A DNA stretch of 63,398 nt, filler included, from Octopus bimaculoides (Eukaryota): NCBI RefSeq assembly GCF_001194135.2. It is 5 parts of 4 records of this genome, joined end to end, with 100 filler letters (N's around TTAATTAATTAA, not from the genome) between each part and the next. Parts side by side here need not be neighbours in the genome. Positions count along the whole stretch, not along the records: positions 46,583 to 60,003 come from NC_068993.1; positions 60,104 to 63,398 come from NC_068988.1; 3 more parts are not named here. One strand, given 5' to 3'. Positions 49,960 through 62,484 of the stretch are shown piece after piece. The notes beneath the pieces are model-generated. The model did no database searches, had not been told where the DNA came from, and saw only the letters and a list, made by a program, of their open reading frames with translations. Both the position numbers and the translations under genes were made by a program. Position 1 is the first letter of the stretch, and each line of letters begins with the position of its first letter.

Positions 49960-50340
49960 GGAAAAAAATTGATCTCTGTATTTGATTGGTACTTTTTATC
50001 GCCCATGGGATAGTGAAAGGACTTCCGAAAGATTTGAACTCAAAACGCAGCGAGTCGGATCAAATACCAAAAGGTATTGCTCAACTTTCTAACCAGACTA
50101 ACATTCGAATTCCTTTCAGTATCTTTTTTAATGAGTTCAAAGCCTGAATTTGGCGAGGAGGAGGGTTTAATCGATACCTTCGATCCCAATATTTAACTGA
50201 TACTTTATTTGATCAACTCCGAAAGGATTAAAGTCAAAGTTAACGTTGGCGTGATTTGAACTCTGAACATAAAGATCCGTGACTAAGTACTGCAAATAAT
50301 TTTGTTCTACTTGTTAACGATTCTGCCAATCGACCGTCTT
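49960..50340 (-). mobile_element. Two adjacent decayed SINE type B copies
   Basis: GATTTGAACTC (reverse B box) at about 50031 and 50255; TAACGATTCTGCC at about 50315. Confidence 0.65.
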
Positions 50341-50381
50341 TCAATGTTAAATGTGATATACTAATTGGGGTCACAAAGATA

Positions 50382-50504
50382 ATAGAGGTCACAATTTAAA
50401 GAAAAAAGAAAAAGAAAAGGAAAAAATACAGCATTTTTTGTATATGCAATTAGCCTTACTGACATATGAGCTATTATTCTATGCATATGCTTGCTTGCTC
50501 TATA
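50382..50504 (-). repeat. Inverted copy of 47923-48058
   Basis: See partner. Confidence 0.7.
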
Positions 50505-50533
50505 CATACATAATACATACATACATACATACA

Positions 50534-50574
<41 letters not shown>

Positions 50575-51787
50575 CGATATATATANNNNNNNNNNNNNNN
50601 NNNNNNNNNNNNNNNNNNNNNNNNNNNNNNNNNNNNNNNNNNNNNNNNNNNNNNNNNNNNNNNNNNNNNNNNNNNNNNNNNNNNNNNNNNNNNNNNNNNN
50701 NNNNNNNNNNNNNNNNNNNNNNNNNNNNNNNNNNNNNNNNNNNNNNNNNNNNNNNNNNNNNNNNNNNNNNNNNNNNNNNNNNNNNNNNNNNNNNNNNNNN
50801 NNNNNNNNNNNNNNNNNNNNNNNNNNNNNNNNNNNNNNNNNNNNNNNNNNNNNNNNNNNNNNNNNNNNNNNNNNNNNNNNNNNNNNNNNNNNNNNNNNNN
50901 NNNNNNNNNNNNNNNNNNNNNNNNNNNNNNNNNNNNNNNNNNNNNNNNNNNNNNNNNNNNNNNNNNNNNNNNNNNNNNNNNNNNNNNNNNNNNNNNNNNN
51001 NNNNNNNNNNNNNNNNNNNNNNNNNNNNNNNNNNNNNNNNNNNNNNNNNNNNNNNNNNNNNNNNNNNNNNNNNNNNNNNNNNNNNNNNNNNNNNNNNNNN
51101 NNNNNNNNNNNNNNNNNNNNNNNNNNNNNNNNNNNNNNNNNNNNNNNNNNNNNNNNNNNNNNNNNNNNNNNNNNNNNNNNNNNNNNNNNNNNNNNNNNNN
51201 NNNNNNNNNNNNNGTATGCAAGTATATATATAGTTAAGCGAGTGCTGATTTTTTTAAAGTAATGAGTAAAACAACAAAATCAATGAAATGAAATGATTGT
51301 GACAATAAGAAAAGGAAACCATGGGAACCGACTCTATGATGAATATTAATGAAATCTCGTCAAGGCAAAGAGGGTGGCAAGCCTAAATTTTAATTAATTA
51401 AAATCTGAATTACAATGCAGATAGGAGATGAAAACATCATTCATTGAAGACCTAATATTAATTTATGTGTGTGAATATGTGTGAAGTGCCAGAGGTAGCG
51501 TAGTGTGTAATTAGTTGCAGCAAACAGGGCTGTTGGGTTGACTGTGAGATAATTGAACAGTGAGTGTTTAACGTCCTGATGCTCCGCTCTATTTATCTTG
51601 TGCCATAAAAATGTAAAACATTCCGGCAACAATCCATTTCTAATTAAACAGTATATAGTAAAATAGGTTTAATTCTTTCTTGCCTTAGACTTGAGATTGT
51701 CTCATTGTTCGAAAATGTTCACCAAATCTAAACGATGTAGCAATCTTCATACAGTAATATCTAACTTGTATAAAATTTCAACATCAC

Positions 51788-51945
51788 GTGTCAGTGTGGT
51801 AAGAAGTTTTCTTCCCAACCAAATGGTTCCAGGTTCAGTCCCACTGCATGGCATCTTGGGCAACTCTCATCTACTATTGCCTCTGGCCGACCAAAGACTT
51901 GGGAATTGGTAAACGGAAACACTGAAAGAAACTCATTGTGTATAT
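51788..51945 (+). mobile_element. SINE type A head
   Basis: GTGTGGTAAGAAG...CCCAACCAAATGGTTCCAGGTTCAGTCCCACTGCATGGCATCTTGGGCAA. Confidence 0.88.
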
Positions 51946-52645
51946 NNNNNNNNNNNNNNNNNNNNNNNNNNNNNNNNNNNNNNNNNNNNNNNNNNNNNNN
52001 NNNNNNNNNNNNNNNNNNNNNNNNNNNNNNNNNNNNNNNNNNNNNAGGAAGCTAGCACATTGAAAGAATCCGAGAGATTCAAAAAAAATATCTGATATCT
52101 TAGGGGATTAAGGTATAATTTTATATATATAATGTCGACCAGTAAAGTTGACGTTTAATATGCTAGAAATAGACCACATGTGTCTACTAAGACCCAGTAG
52201 TTCTCAAAAGAAATTCAGCGAAATACCAAACTGCTCTTGCAACCTCAACAATTATTTTGAACATCACGACACCTAGTGCAACAATTGTAACACGTAGAGC
52301 AGCTGTTGCTACCTTAGAAATGTTTCGACTCCCCTTCTTTCATCTTTATCTTATAAAAAAAAAACGTTACAAAGATGGTTTAACTGAGTAGATGTTTTTC
52401 ACCTCAAATGTTGACTTTATTTGTTCTAGAAATTTCACGAGCATAACTCATGAGTTACACCCATTGCTTTCTTGTCTCTCCGTAGATTTATCATAGGCGT
52501 TGTTACAACTGAGGGAAACAAGTCATCACAAAACAAACACTAAACCAACCTTCACTTCCATTTGGAGAATAACTTCCATTTTATCTTCTTAACTACAATT
52601 CAGGGGAATATTTTGATGCTGATAATGATTTTCCATTTTTCAAAA

Positions 52646-53018
52646 TTGCTACCTGCGCCTTAGCAAAGGTGGAAGTATTGTTTTCAGTCGTGTTTGTTTG
52701 TTTGTTTATCTGTGGACAAGATATCTCAAGAACCGCTGGATAAATTCGAATGAAACTTTCAGTGATGTTTGGCCTCGTGACTGGAACGAACCGATTAGAT
52801 TTGGGGATCGATCCGGTACCGGGCAAGGATTCTGGATTCTTGTTTTTTTCTTTCACTTAATTTTTGAGAGCGGTCGCGTTCAATTTTAGTATTTTTGTTT
52901 GTGAGAGCAATCGAGTTTATTTCAGATATTCTCATTTTAAAAATCATCTTTGGCTAATCGTTGAGAGGAGGTTGGTATTGCCTTGACGGAGGTTTGCGCT
53001 CTCTGGGTGCTCTTGTTT
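52646..53018 (+). mobile_element. Helentron-associated non-autonomous element (HINE/DINE-1-like)
   Basis: Starts TTGCTACCTGCGCC; internal (GTTT)n; AAGATATCTCAAGAACC block; 3' CCTTGACGGAGGT (subterminal inverted repeat) then stem-loop GCGCTC-tct-GGGTGC; T-rich flanks. Confidence 0.75.
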
Positions 53019-53458
53019 ATAATTGTTTTATGACACAATAATATCACTTCACGATGATAAAATATTGTAAGAACAGAACTCTTTTTAATGATAAACAAAC
53101 TACTTATAATCATTATTAAATGACAAAATATAAGCTAATTACCAATTCTAATTATTAAAATAATAATCACCTAATACGTTATCACCTAATAAGTTGCTGT
53201 ACGAAACTTATTTGAAAATGTCATTTCTGAACAAAGGATTTTGTACCAAGATTGGCAAATAAAGAATATTAAAAAAACCCTAATATTTGTAAATACTCAA
53301 CTTAGCTTTGGGTCGATTGGCTAAAAATTCCCCGTTGGTGGACAGCGGTTAAAATATGAACGATATGGGCAAATTTCTAACGTACACAAAGCTGACATTT
53401 GATCGACGTGACCTGCGCGAAAAGTATTTGTAAGTTTCGCAGATGAATATCTGCCAAG

Positions 53459-53760
53459 TAGGCGCAAATGACCAAAAGGTTACGTTGGCTTTGCAACCAG
53501 GAGGCCCTTCGTCCGATCCCACTGTGTGACAAATGTTAAAGTATCATTTTCTATAGCCTCGAGTCAATCTATACCTTGTGGTAGAAATTGGCTACATGAT
53601 AACTGTATAGAAGCTCATCGGATAAATTGTATCTGTAATTTAAAATGTAGAGCCCCGTCATATACTGTCTCGCTGATTGTGTCTGAAAATTAACTTAAAG
53701 GTCGGCTTGCTTGCAGAATACTCAGCCGATTACACGTTAATGCTAGGACTAGTAATTCAG
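53459..53760 (+). mobile_element. Old SINE with a type-A-like head and a type-C-like tail
   Basis: CTATAGCCTCGAG...ATAGAAGCTCATCG (A-like), then ACTCAGCCGATTACACGTTAA (matches the tail of 62095-62484). Confidence 0.55.
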
Positions 53761-54133
53761 CTGTTTGAAGAAATGAATTTTCAACGTCGAATTATGGAAA
53801 TCTATAACTGATATCGGCGAATGAGACAAACATCGGCAAAACAACAGATAAAGGGATTTTACTGAAAAATTATCTATAATCTGTACCGAGTTACAAACAC
53901 TCCGTTTCAAACTGTCATTGTATCAAATGTCATCACCTCGTGATTGTAGATAGGAAACCTGTAACGAACGAGGCTGTTGTTCACCAATTGTGATACAAAA
54001 TAAAAGTAAATAAGTATGCACTATCTTTGAACGTGTACATACACATGCACTTCTAATGACAGATATAGAGGAGCCATTTATTTTCTGGCTAATGGATTCT
54101 TAGACGAGTATATTATACAGAAAGAGAGAAAGA

Positions 54134-54186
<53 letters not shown>

Positions 54187-54965
54187 ATCATTATTTATAC
54201 AATGTTTGGATATATAAGAGTGGTTATTGGCAAAATCAGTATAACTTTAATTTTTATCCGCCTAGGATCAATAAAAATCAGTGGCAGTTGACTACTAAAG
54301 TGAAGTCAATGAACTACACCCCCCCCCTTATAGTGATGTTAGTCATATAAGCGCAAATATATGTAAAAGCACGTGTACTTATGCACATACACTCACACAT
54401 CACACATCACGCACACACGCAAACACATCTCGCATCACATCACACACATCACAGCACACACCCAAACATATATATATATATTAGCTAAATCTGCTTATAA
54501 ATACCCATATATTCAAGCACAAAATTGAATATGTTTACAATTGTGTGTATGTGTGTGTGTGTGAGAGTGCGCGAGCGCGCGTACGTATGTGTGTGATTAA
54601 GTGAATTCAGTGAATTTCAACAGTCTTAGATCATATGTTCAGAATGAAAGAATTCATGAACATACAACGGTTTCTGTATGTGTATATATATATATACACA
54701 TACGTGTGTAAATGTATGTGTACATGTGTAGATATATATATATATATATATGTGTGTGTGTTTGTGTGTGTGTGTGAGTGTGTGTGTGCATGTATAAAGT
54801 GAAGCTATACGTAAGTGTTTGTACGTGAGATTTAATGTAATATATCTTTGTCAAAGCAATGATGCGTGCTTCCATATGTATTTTCAATATACTCTTCTAA
54901 ATTCAATTTAAACTCTTCAAAGCCCACATTCTTCTCTCTTCTCTTTCCTTCCAATACATCACCTT

Positions 54966-55003
<38 letters not shown>

Positions 55004-55340
55004 CTCCTCCTCCTCTTGTCTCTCCCTCTTCTTCTCTCTCTCCTCCTCCTCCTCCTCTCTCTCTCTCTTCTTCTCTCTCTCTTTGTTGTATGTCTCGGTC
55101 TCGATCTAAATATTTCTCTCTCCTCTTGTGACTATGCGTGTCTGAAGGTATACCATATATTCTATTTTGATATTCATACAATTAATTATATGTGTGTGTG
55201 TGTGTGCGTGTGTCTATATGTATGCGTGTGTGGGGGTGTATATATATATGCATACATATATATATGCGTGTGTGAACATGTAATTAATTGTATGCAACAT
55301 TATATGTACGTTATACACACATAACCATAATGTGTGCATG

Positions 55341-55377
<37 letters not shown>

Positions 55378-55399
55378 TTCACACATGTGCGCCTGCGTT

Positions 55400-56772
55400 T
55401 GTGTGTATGTGCCTCTGTATTCTGTTTCCTGGTTGCGGTTAAATTTTTTGGTTTTTGTTCTTCTCTCGGTTATTCTCTTCTTATGTCGGAGTTTTTCACT
55501 GACAGCTTTTAGCTCCTGTTTGAGGGTAATCAGTTCGCAAGTTAATGTCCTCATTTTGCTGTCTCCAAACATCATTTCTATCTCTTTCTTTACTTTCTGT
55601 TGGTGGGACGTATAATGATTTGCTTGTTTGCATGCAATAAAATATCATATCATTACATCACTGATGGTCTTCCGTAAACCAGATATCTGTTTCTCTGTCT
55701 TCAAAACCTATGATGGTACTTTCTTTGTTATTCCGGTTTTGTTTACTTTTTGAATATCATTCATATAATACTTTGCAATAGTAGCCAGAGCATATAGACA
55801 GGCGTTAATCTGCCAGAATGTGGGTTCATCACACTGTTGTAAATACTCATCACCAATTTCGTTAACAGTTTTCAATACTGTATCTGGTGGGTTTTTTACT
55901 TACTCTGGCAGAAAATACTCCCTCATCGAGACAATACTTCAAAGCCAAAGTTATTTTTTTCTCGGAAAATTTCAGTAAGGGCACATTTCACCGGCATATA
56001 ATCCTGACTACCACTACTGCTACAATAATCGTAGCGGTTGTGCCTGCTATTTACCATAGTTGTAGTAGGGGTATAGTGGCCAGTTACTTGAGCCCGTATT
56101 GTAGTTTGGCTGGCAGGCACTATGGAATCTGCTGGAATGTCGCCAGCTGCGAAACTACGTGATGGTCTTAAATCATTCACGTTTTCGTATTTGTTTATAG
56201 AGTTGGAAAGAAGGTTAATTTTCGATCTTTTAATAGAGCTACAGTTACTAACCTTCTTTCTATATTCTACAAATGTTGCTTGTTGGCGTAGTTGTTTCGC
56301 AGTCAAATTATTTAATTCAGGATGCAGATCGTCTCAATATGATTTCAATCGATTCATATAGCCAACAGCGGGGTTTTGTTTCGCTTTTTCGCAGCAGTTA
56401 AGTAGATCACTATTCGATTCATAACTCCAAGAGAAATGAGTTTTGTAGTTATGGTTTCTTCTGTAACTACAGCTAGAAAGAATTATTTACCTGTTGAACT
56501 GTTGTCTTCGTTTTGTTCCTCGATTGTGTTGTTGTTGATGTTGTGTCCAGCCATGTTGTTTGTAGTAACTCTCAGCAAACTTCAAGTTTCAGTCGAAAAT
56601 CACAACGATCGTGAATAAAAGGCTTCCTCAGTTAATTCATCTGAAGATTAACAAGTTATTTAATAAGGCTGATAATTGTGGCTCCGAAGTTGGAGATAGT
56701 ATTCATCGTATGTTTGATGAATAGTCTCCCATGCCAAATACGAGACTTGTCGCTTCGAGAAGTGTATGATGT
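55400..56772 (-). mobile_element. 5' part of an RLE-clade (R4/Dong-like) LINE: 5' UTR and ORF N-terminus, RT absent
   Basis: ATG at 56554; FSWSYESNSDLLNCCEKAKQNPAVGYMNRLKSY*DDLHPELNNLTAKQLRQQA; FWQINACLYALA; LKQELKAVSEKLRHKKRITERR..FNRN; (TATG)n abuts at about 56775. Confidence 0.6.
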
Positions 56773-58012
56773 AAGTATGTATGTATATACGTATGTATGC
56801 ATGTATGTATGTATGTATATAACTTCACAGTTCGGCTTCATACATAATTTGCAAATGGAATTGCTTTTGGAATTAAAATTTTTATTGGATACGGGTATGT
56901 CATGCAAGAATCTTCAAGTGCGTATGTATGTCATGTGTGTATGTGTGCCACTTATACACATTCATATACACACACATATAGCACATACATACATACACTG
57001 TATTATTGTATCTTATTTGTACCATCAGTGAACTGTCTAAATCTATTTAATTTAGCTTAGACATTTTTCCTTACTGTCGAGATTCTCTCTGAACAGTGAC
57101 TTCAACAATTTAGATATATTATCATTCATCATTAGAATACATGCGCCGCCTTTAAGCTTTCTGTCCCAATGAGTTGTTCTTGTGTGTGAATGTATTTATG
57201 TACACATACACAAATATAGGTACACACACATACGCAAATATATATATATATATATATATATANNNNNNNNNNNNNNNNNNNNNNNNNNNNNNNNNNNNNN
57301 NNNNNNNNNNNNNNNNNNNNNNNNNNNNNNNNNNNNNNNNNNNNNNNNNNNNNNNNNNNNNNNNNNNNNNNNNNNNNNNNNNNNNNNNNNNNNNNNNNNN
57401 NNNNNNNNNNNNNNNNNNNNNNNNNNNNNNNNNNNNNNNNNNNNNNNNNNNNNNNNNNNNNNNNNNNNNNNNNNNNNNNNNNNNNNNNNNNNNNNNNNNN
57501 NNNNNNNNNNNNNNNNNNNNNNNNNNNNNNNNNNNNNNNNNNNNNNNNNNNNNNNNNNNNNNNNNNNNNNNNNNNNNNNNNNNNNNNNNNNNNNNNNNNN
57601 NNNNNNNNNNNNNNNNNNNNTATATATATATGGAGAGTGCAAGGGAGAGTGCAAGGGAATGTCGGAAGTAATGAGACGTGGTTAAATAAATTGGAGGAAA
57701 TCTCAGCGTTCTTTTATTTATCCGATGAGATATTTCAACATATTCATTGTGTCAAACGTCTGCATCTTTCTATACTTTAAACATATCTTAAACTTATCGC
57801 ATTCAACCTACGGCAGTTTCAGATAAGGACACATACGAAGACTTACACATATGCATACGCTATTTTTATATATAACTTGTATATATGTATATATATATAT
57901 ATATATTCACGAACACACACAAGTATGTATGTAAGTATGTATGTATGTATGTATATATGTATATGAGTATCTTATACAAATGTCATATATGAAGACATCT
58001 CATAAATTTATT

Positions 58013-58094
58013 GAAGATATTTTACAATTGTTAGCGCCTACGTCTGCAGATGTGAAGATATTTTACAACTTTTAGCGCCTACGTCTGCAGATGT
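58013..58094 (+). repeat. 41-bp tandem duplication
   Basis: GAAGATATTTTACAA(TTG/CTT)TTAGCGCCTACGTCTGCAGATGT x2, 2 mismatches. Confidence 0.95.
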
Positions 58095-58460
58095 AAATGC
58101 TCCTTGTTATTCTCTTTGCTACGAGACAAGTAAAGATGATAATTATATCGTTTGTCGTAGGTTAGATGATCGTCAGAAGTATTGTGGCCCACATTCATTT
58201 GCCCACGAACAGATCTTAGAACAAGCAATATGTTAATTTAGCAAACCAAGTTTAAATGCTTAAATTTATTGGTGGCATGATTAAATAATTAATAGACATT
58301 TCATGTCCATAGAAACAAATATGTGCACACACACAGACGAGTATAACCTGGTAGCTTCTACTGTACTTTTCTATTTGTTGTAGAAGCCTATCTAGTTACC
58401 AAGGAGACATGAACACTCTCTAGGCTCTCCTTGACCCCTTTATACGAAAATATATTAGCT

Positions 58461-58517
<57 letters not shown>

Positions 58518-58759
58518 TGGAAATTAAGATATACACCAATAAAAGTATTTTGTTCCTAAGAACGTTTCCCCATTGAAATTATTCGGAACTCAACTTTGAA
58601 TGTTCAAGAGCATTTCGATGTCTAACTGCATTGGATCTTCAGAGGGACAATTAACTAGCTTCTGTTACTGACATCGAATATCAGAGAGAGAAGAAAGAGA
58701 GCTACACAAAAGAGAGTACGAAGCCGGTACACCTTTTCAGCCGAAACATTTTCTCTGAT

Positions 58760-58828
58760 GGAAGAATTGAATCCACGACTGTTATTGTGAGAAAGCCTAA
58801 AAGCCTATCCACTAGGCCACGTTCCCTA
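58760..58828 (-). mobile_element. Isolated decayed tRNA-like SINE head
   Basis: Minus strand GTGGCCTAGTGGATAGG (A box)...GTGGATTCAATTC (decayed B box). Confidence 0.5.
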
Positions 58829-59559
58829 GCACATACATATATGTACATGTGTAGATGGCACGAATGTTTATATGAATGTATGTATGTATTTCTTTTTATC
58901 TTTTTGCTTTTGTTTTTTTTTTGTTTTTTTACAGTGTAGCAGCAAGGTGGTTAGTAAAGATACTAGTAATGGATAATATTATTTCAATCACGTACAATAT
59001 TATATGAGTATAACCACATCTATGCTTCACTGAAGATGTTTATGAAAACTAAAACACATTCAGAATTGCCTACTATGCTTGTCAAAATAATTATACAATA
59101 TTAGGCATTGAGTAAGGTTTCATCTATCACCACATAATTAGTGTAACTGGAATTTTGGTGCTTACTAATAATTAGTGTTCTATTACTAGTAGATTTATTG
59201 TAATTCATTCTTTTTTTTTTTTTCGTAGATATTTTTTTTCATTTTCTGAGAGTGATGTTACTGAGAGTGATTTCCTTGGTACATTTAACAGCACGAAAAC
59301 CATGAAACTGTAGCAGATCAGGGTTTGGTAACTACACTTAAATCATATCGATGTTTTGCGTGTACGGATGTCAACGATTCGCCGTAGATGGTGGATTTTT
59401 GTGCATCCATACATCTAACTCTATAAACTTATCACAAGCATGTATTATGCGCGATCATAATGGCTACGTAATTTACATTAGAATGATCTGTCCCTCGTGC
59501 CTTTGCGTGCGCGCATGTAATTTAGGCACAAGACCAGCAATATTAAGGTTGAGGTCGAT

Positions 59560-59712
59560 ATCATCGGACAAATACTAGAACGGTACTTTATGTTAACAAC
59601 CCCGGAAATTGAAAGTTGAAGTTGGCCTGGATAATGTAGGGAACTCAGAAGTTAAAGAGCTAAGAGAAATACTGCAAAGCATCATTTCCTCGACTAACAA
59701 TTCTGTCAGTTA
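59560..59712 (-). mobile_element. Decayed SINE type B
   Basis: GGTACTTTATG...GAACTCAGAAG...AATTCTGTCAG aligns with the reverse complement of 39689. Confidence 0.6.
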
Positions 59713-59764
59713 ATCATTATTATTCAACAACGAAAATGAATGCATTTCGAGTGTGTTCTTTAGT

Positions 59765-59960
59765 TTGTTTCAGTCACTTGACTACAGCCATGCTGGAGCA
59801 CCACCATTGGGGAAACAAATCGACCCCACAACTTATTCTTTGTAAGCCTAGTACTCATTCTATTTGTCTCTTTTGCAGAACCGGTAATGTAACGAGAACG
59901 TAAACACACCAACATCGGTTGCCAAGCGACGGTGGGGGACAAACACAAACACACACACAC
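59765..59960 (-). mobile_element. SINE type A tail
   Basis: CATGCTGGAGCACC...ATCGACCCCACAACTTATTCTTTGTAAGCCTAGTACT is the reverse complement of the 16600-16688 tail. Confidence 0.88.
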
Positions 59961-60003
59961 ACAAATATATATATATGCATATATATATATATATATATAT
60001 ATA

Positions 60004-60103
60004 NNNNNNNNNNNNNNNNNNNNNNNNNNNNNNNNNNNNNNNNNNNNTTAATTAATTAANNNNNNNNNNNNNNNNNNNNNNNNNNNNNNNNNNNNNNNNN
60101 NNN
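60004..60103. other. Artificial scaffold-joining spacer
   Basis: 44 N + TTAATTAATTAA (60048-60059) + 44 N. Confidence 0.95.
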
Positions 60104-60909
60104 ACCTGCCTCCTTACAACATGTCCCTCCCCACCCACCCCTATTATTTCCATCACCTACATCAGATGCTTCAACACTTTACTCTTCGCATTGTATAGTA
60201 AGCATTTTTCATAAGAAATATCTCTACAATAAAGCGTCAATTAACTTTTTTCTCATTACGCTAATTAAATTCTTTGAACACGCTAATATGATTGACCATT
60301 TTATATGCGAGGCAGAATTTAGATCTAGGGAAGTACAAATTGGAGGCCATCGTAGAATATTTTTGATTAAAACTATTGAATTTATACATTGTATTTTTTT
60401 AAAGGTAGTATTTATAGATATATATTTAGTATTTAATTTCTTATCTATTTTATTACTTTCTGCTTTTCCAACTTTCTCTTCTTTTCGTCTTATTTTATAT
60501 ATAATCTCAAAATTTTCGATATTTTATTCGCATTTTCTTTAGTATCATCATAATCATAGCGTTCATCCTCTTATCACATTAACCGCCATTTTTTATTGAC
60601 ATAAGCACAAACACCAGTAACACATATATAACATTTTTTTCTCCTCATTATCATCAATACAGTCGTAGTCAATACCGATTTCATTTTTATTTTATTTTAT
60701 TTTTTTTTTTGCTTTTCAATTATATTCTTCATCTACACTTACATATTTTTGGCTTATTTACTTCTTTCTTTAGTCTAGTTAGATCGATTGCAAACTGGAC
60801 ATACTCTATTTTCCAAAAGAAAAATGTATGTCACCGATAAATCAATAAATAGATTCCCTATCGATTCTGCTTCAATAAATAGAAGTCGTACTAAACTCTC
60901 CGGAATAAC

Positions 60910-60913
60910 TAAA

Positions 60914-60983
<70 letters not shown>

Positions 60984-61131
60984 GTTACTGCTATTGCTGC
61001 TGCTGCTGATAATGATTATGATGATGATGATGACGACGACGACGACGAAGATTATGATGATGGTTATGATGGTGATGGATCGGTGGTGGTGAAGATAACG
61101 ATGATGATTTTTATAAGAATAATAATCTTTA

Positions 61132-61176
<45 letters not shown>

Positions 61177-61247
61177 AAGTGGTGGTGGTGGTGGTCGTCG
61201 TCGTCGTCGTCGTGGCGGTGGTGGTGGTGATGATGATGATGGTGGTG

Positions 61248-61311
<64 letters not shown>

Positions 61312-61320
61312 CAGTAGTAG
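60910..61320. repeat. Compound trinucleotide microsatellites (TAC, TGC, GAT, GAC, GGT, GTA)
   Basis: Tandem units; source of the homopolymer ORFs. Confidence 0.95.
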
Positions 61321-62094
61321 GAACAACACACCGATTTTAGCGTAAAAGCGTTTCATGTATCTTCACGAATCTTCGATTATGAAAATACTGAAAATTTTCA
61401 AAACTAGAAATAACATTCAATAGATGCATACATCCATGGAATATTGGGAAAGGCAAAGAAAAGAAATGGAACACCTGCTCACAAATGTCAAAATATATCG
61501 AGATATTTTCTCAAGGTGACATACTATAGTGGTTAAAGTTTTTCTTTCTTTCTCTATCAGTGTCTCCAATTGTGAGAAATGTGCATAGTAGATGTAACCT
61601 ACGAGAAAACCAATTGATTTTAAACCATATTCTAGTTCGATAAGCTGATGTAATTTGTTATATTTGAAAGCCCATTGCACACATTTGTAGGTGCTGTGAG
61701 CGTAATCGGAAATAACACTGGAATGGTTTGGGAGTGGATTTCGAAGTTTACAAACTGCCATGAATAAAGGAATGCACCATATGCATAATGGAGTATAGCC
61801 ATAGATGAAGGAGAAGGTGCGTGAGTTTGATAGAGTTTATTAATATAAATATCTAGATGACGTGGGAGATTATGCCACAAATGTAAGAACAATTTAAGTC
61901 CATAAAACTAAAAACAAAACTAAGCAGGGTATTGACATTGGAATTGTTTAACAAGCATGGGTAATGCTGATCTACAGTCGGGCCGCTTCGGATATGAGAT
62001 GTGCAAAATGGTAATTTTTCGTTAGGCCTGCTACTCAAAAATTTCTGCGGGCCGCACTCTGTCCTTTACCCTTCTCTAGCATCAACGATATCAA

Positions 62095-62484
62095 TACCTC
62101 TTCGTTGGCCCTCCGTCGCTTACGACGTCGAGGGTTCCAGTTGATCCGATCGATGGAACAGCCTACTCGTGAAATTAACGTGCAAGTGGCTGAGCACTCC
62201 ACAGACACGTGTACCCTTAACGTAGTTCTCGGGGATATTCAGCGTGACACAGTGTGACAAGGCTGGCCCTTTGAATTACAGTCACAACGGAAACAGGAAG
62301 TAAGAGTAAGAGAAAGTAGTGGTGAAAGAGTACAGCAGGGTTCACCACCTTCCCCTGCCGGAGCCTCGTGGAGCTTTAGGCGTTTCCGCTCAATAAACAC
62401 TCACAACGCCAGGTCTGGGAATCGAAACCGCGATCCAATGACCGCAAGTCCGCTGCCCTAACCACTGGGCCATTACCCCTCCAC
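62095..62484 (-). mobile_element. tRNA-headed SINE type C, near full length
   Basis: Minus strand GTGGAGGGGTAATGGCCCAGTGGTTAGG (A box)...GGTTTCGATTCCC (B box); tail GTGCTCAGCCACTTGCACGTTAATTTCACGAG...GGAACCCTCGACGTCGTAAG. Confidence 0.92.

Noticed and set aside
56565-56635. CTGAGGA...GAAAC hammerhead-like core in the 5' UTR of the RLE element (minus strand)
   Set aside because: Stem II has a mismatch and stem I cannot form in type I or type III topology
4206-57685. Long ORFs containing X runs
   Set aside because: Open only because N gaps contain no stop codons
58700-58760. CAGCCGAAAC stretch resembling the 22284 hammerhead
   Set aside because: CUGANGA core is missing; too decayed to call
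61975-62075. GCGGGCCGCA motifs resembling a hAT subterminal region
   Set aside because: No clean TIR or partner end found
16136-62484. tRNA genes
   Set aside because: A/B boxes belong to SINE heads that continue into shared repeat bodies; no complete cloverleaf seen
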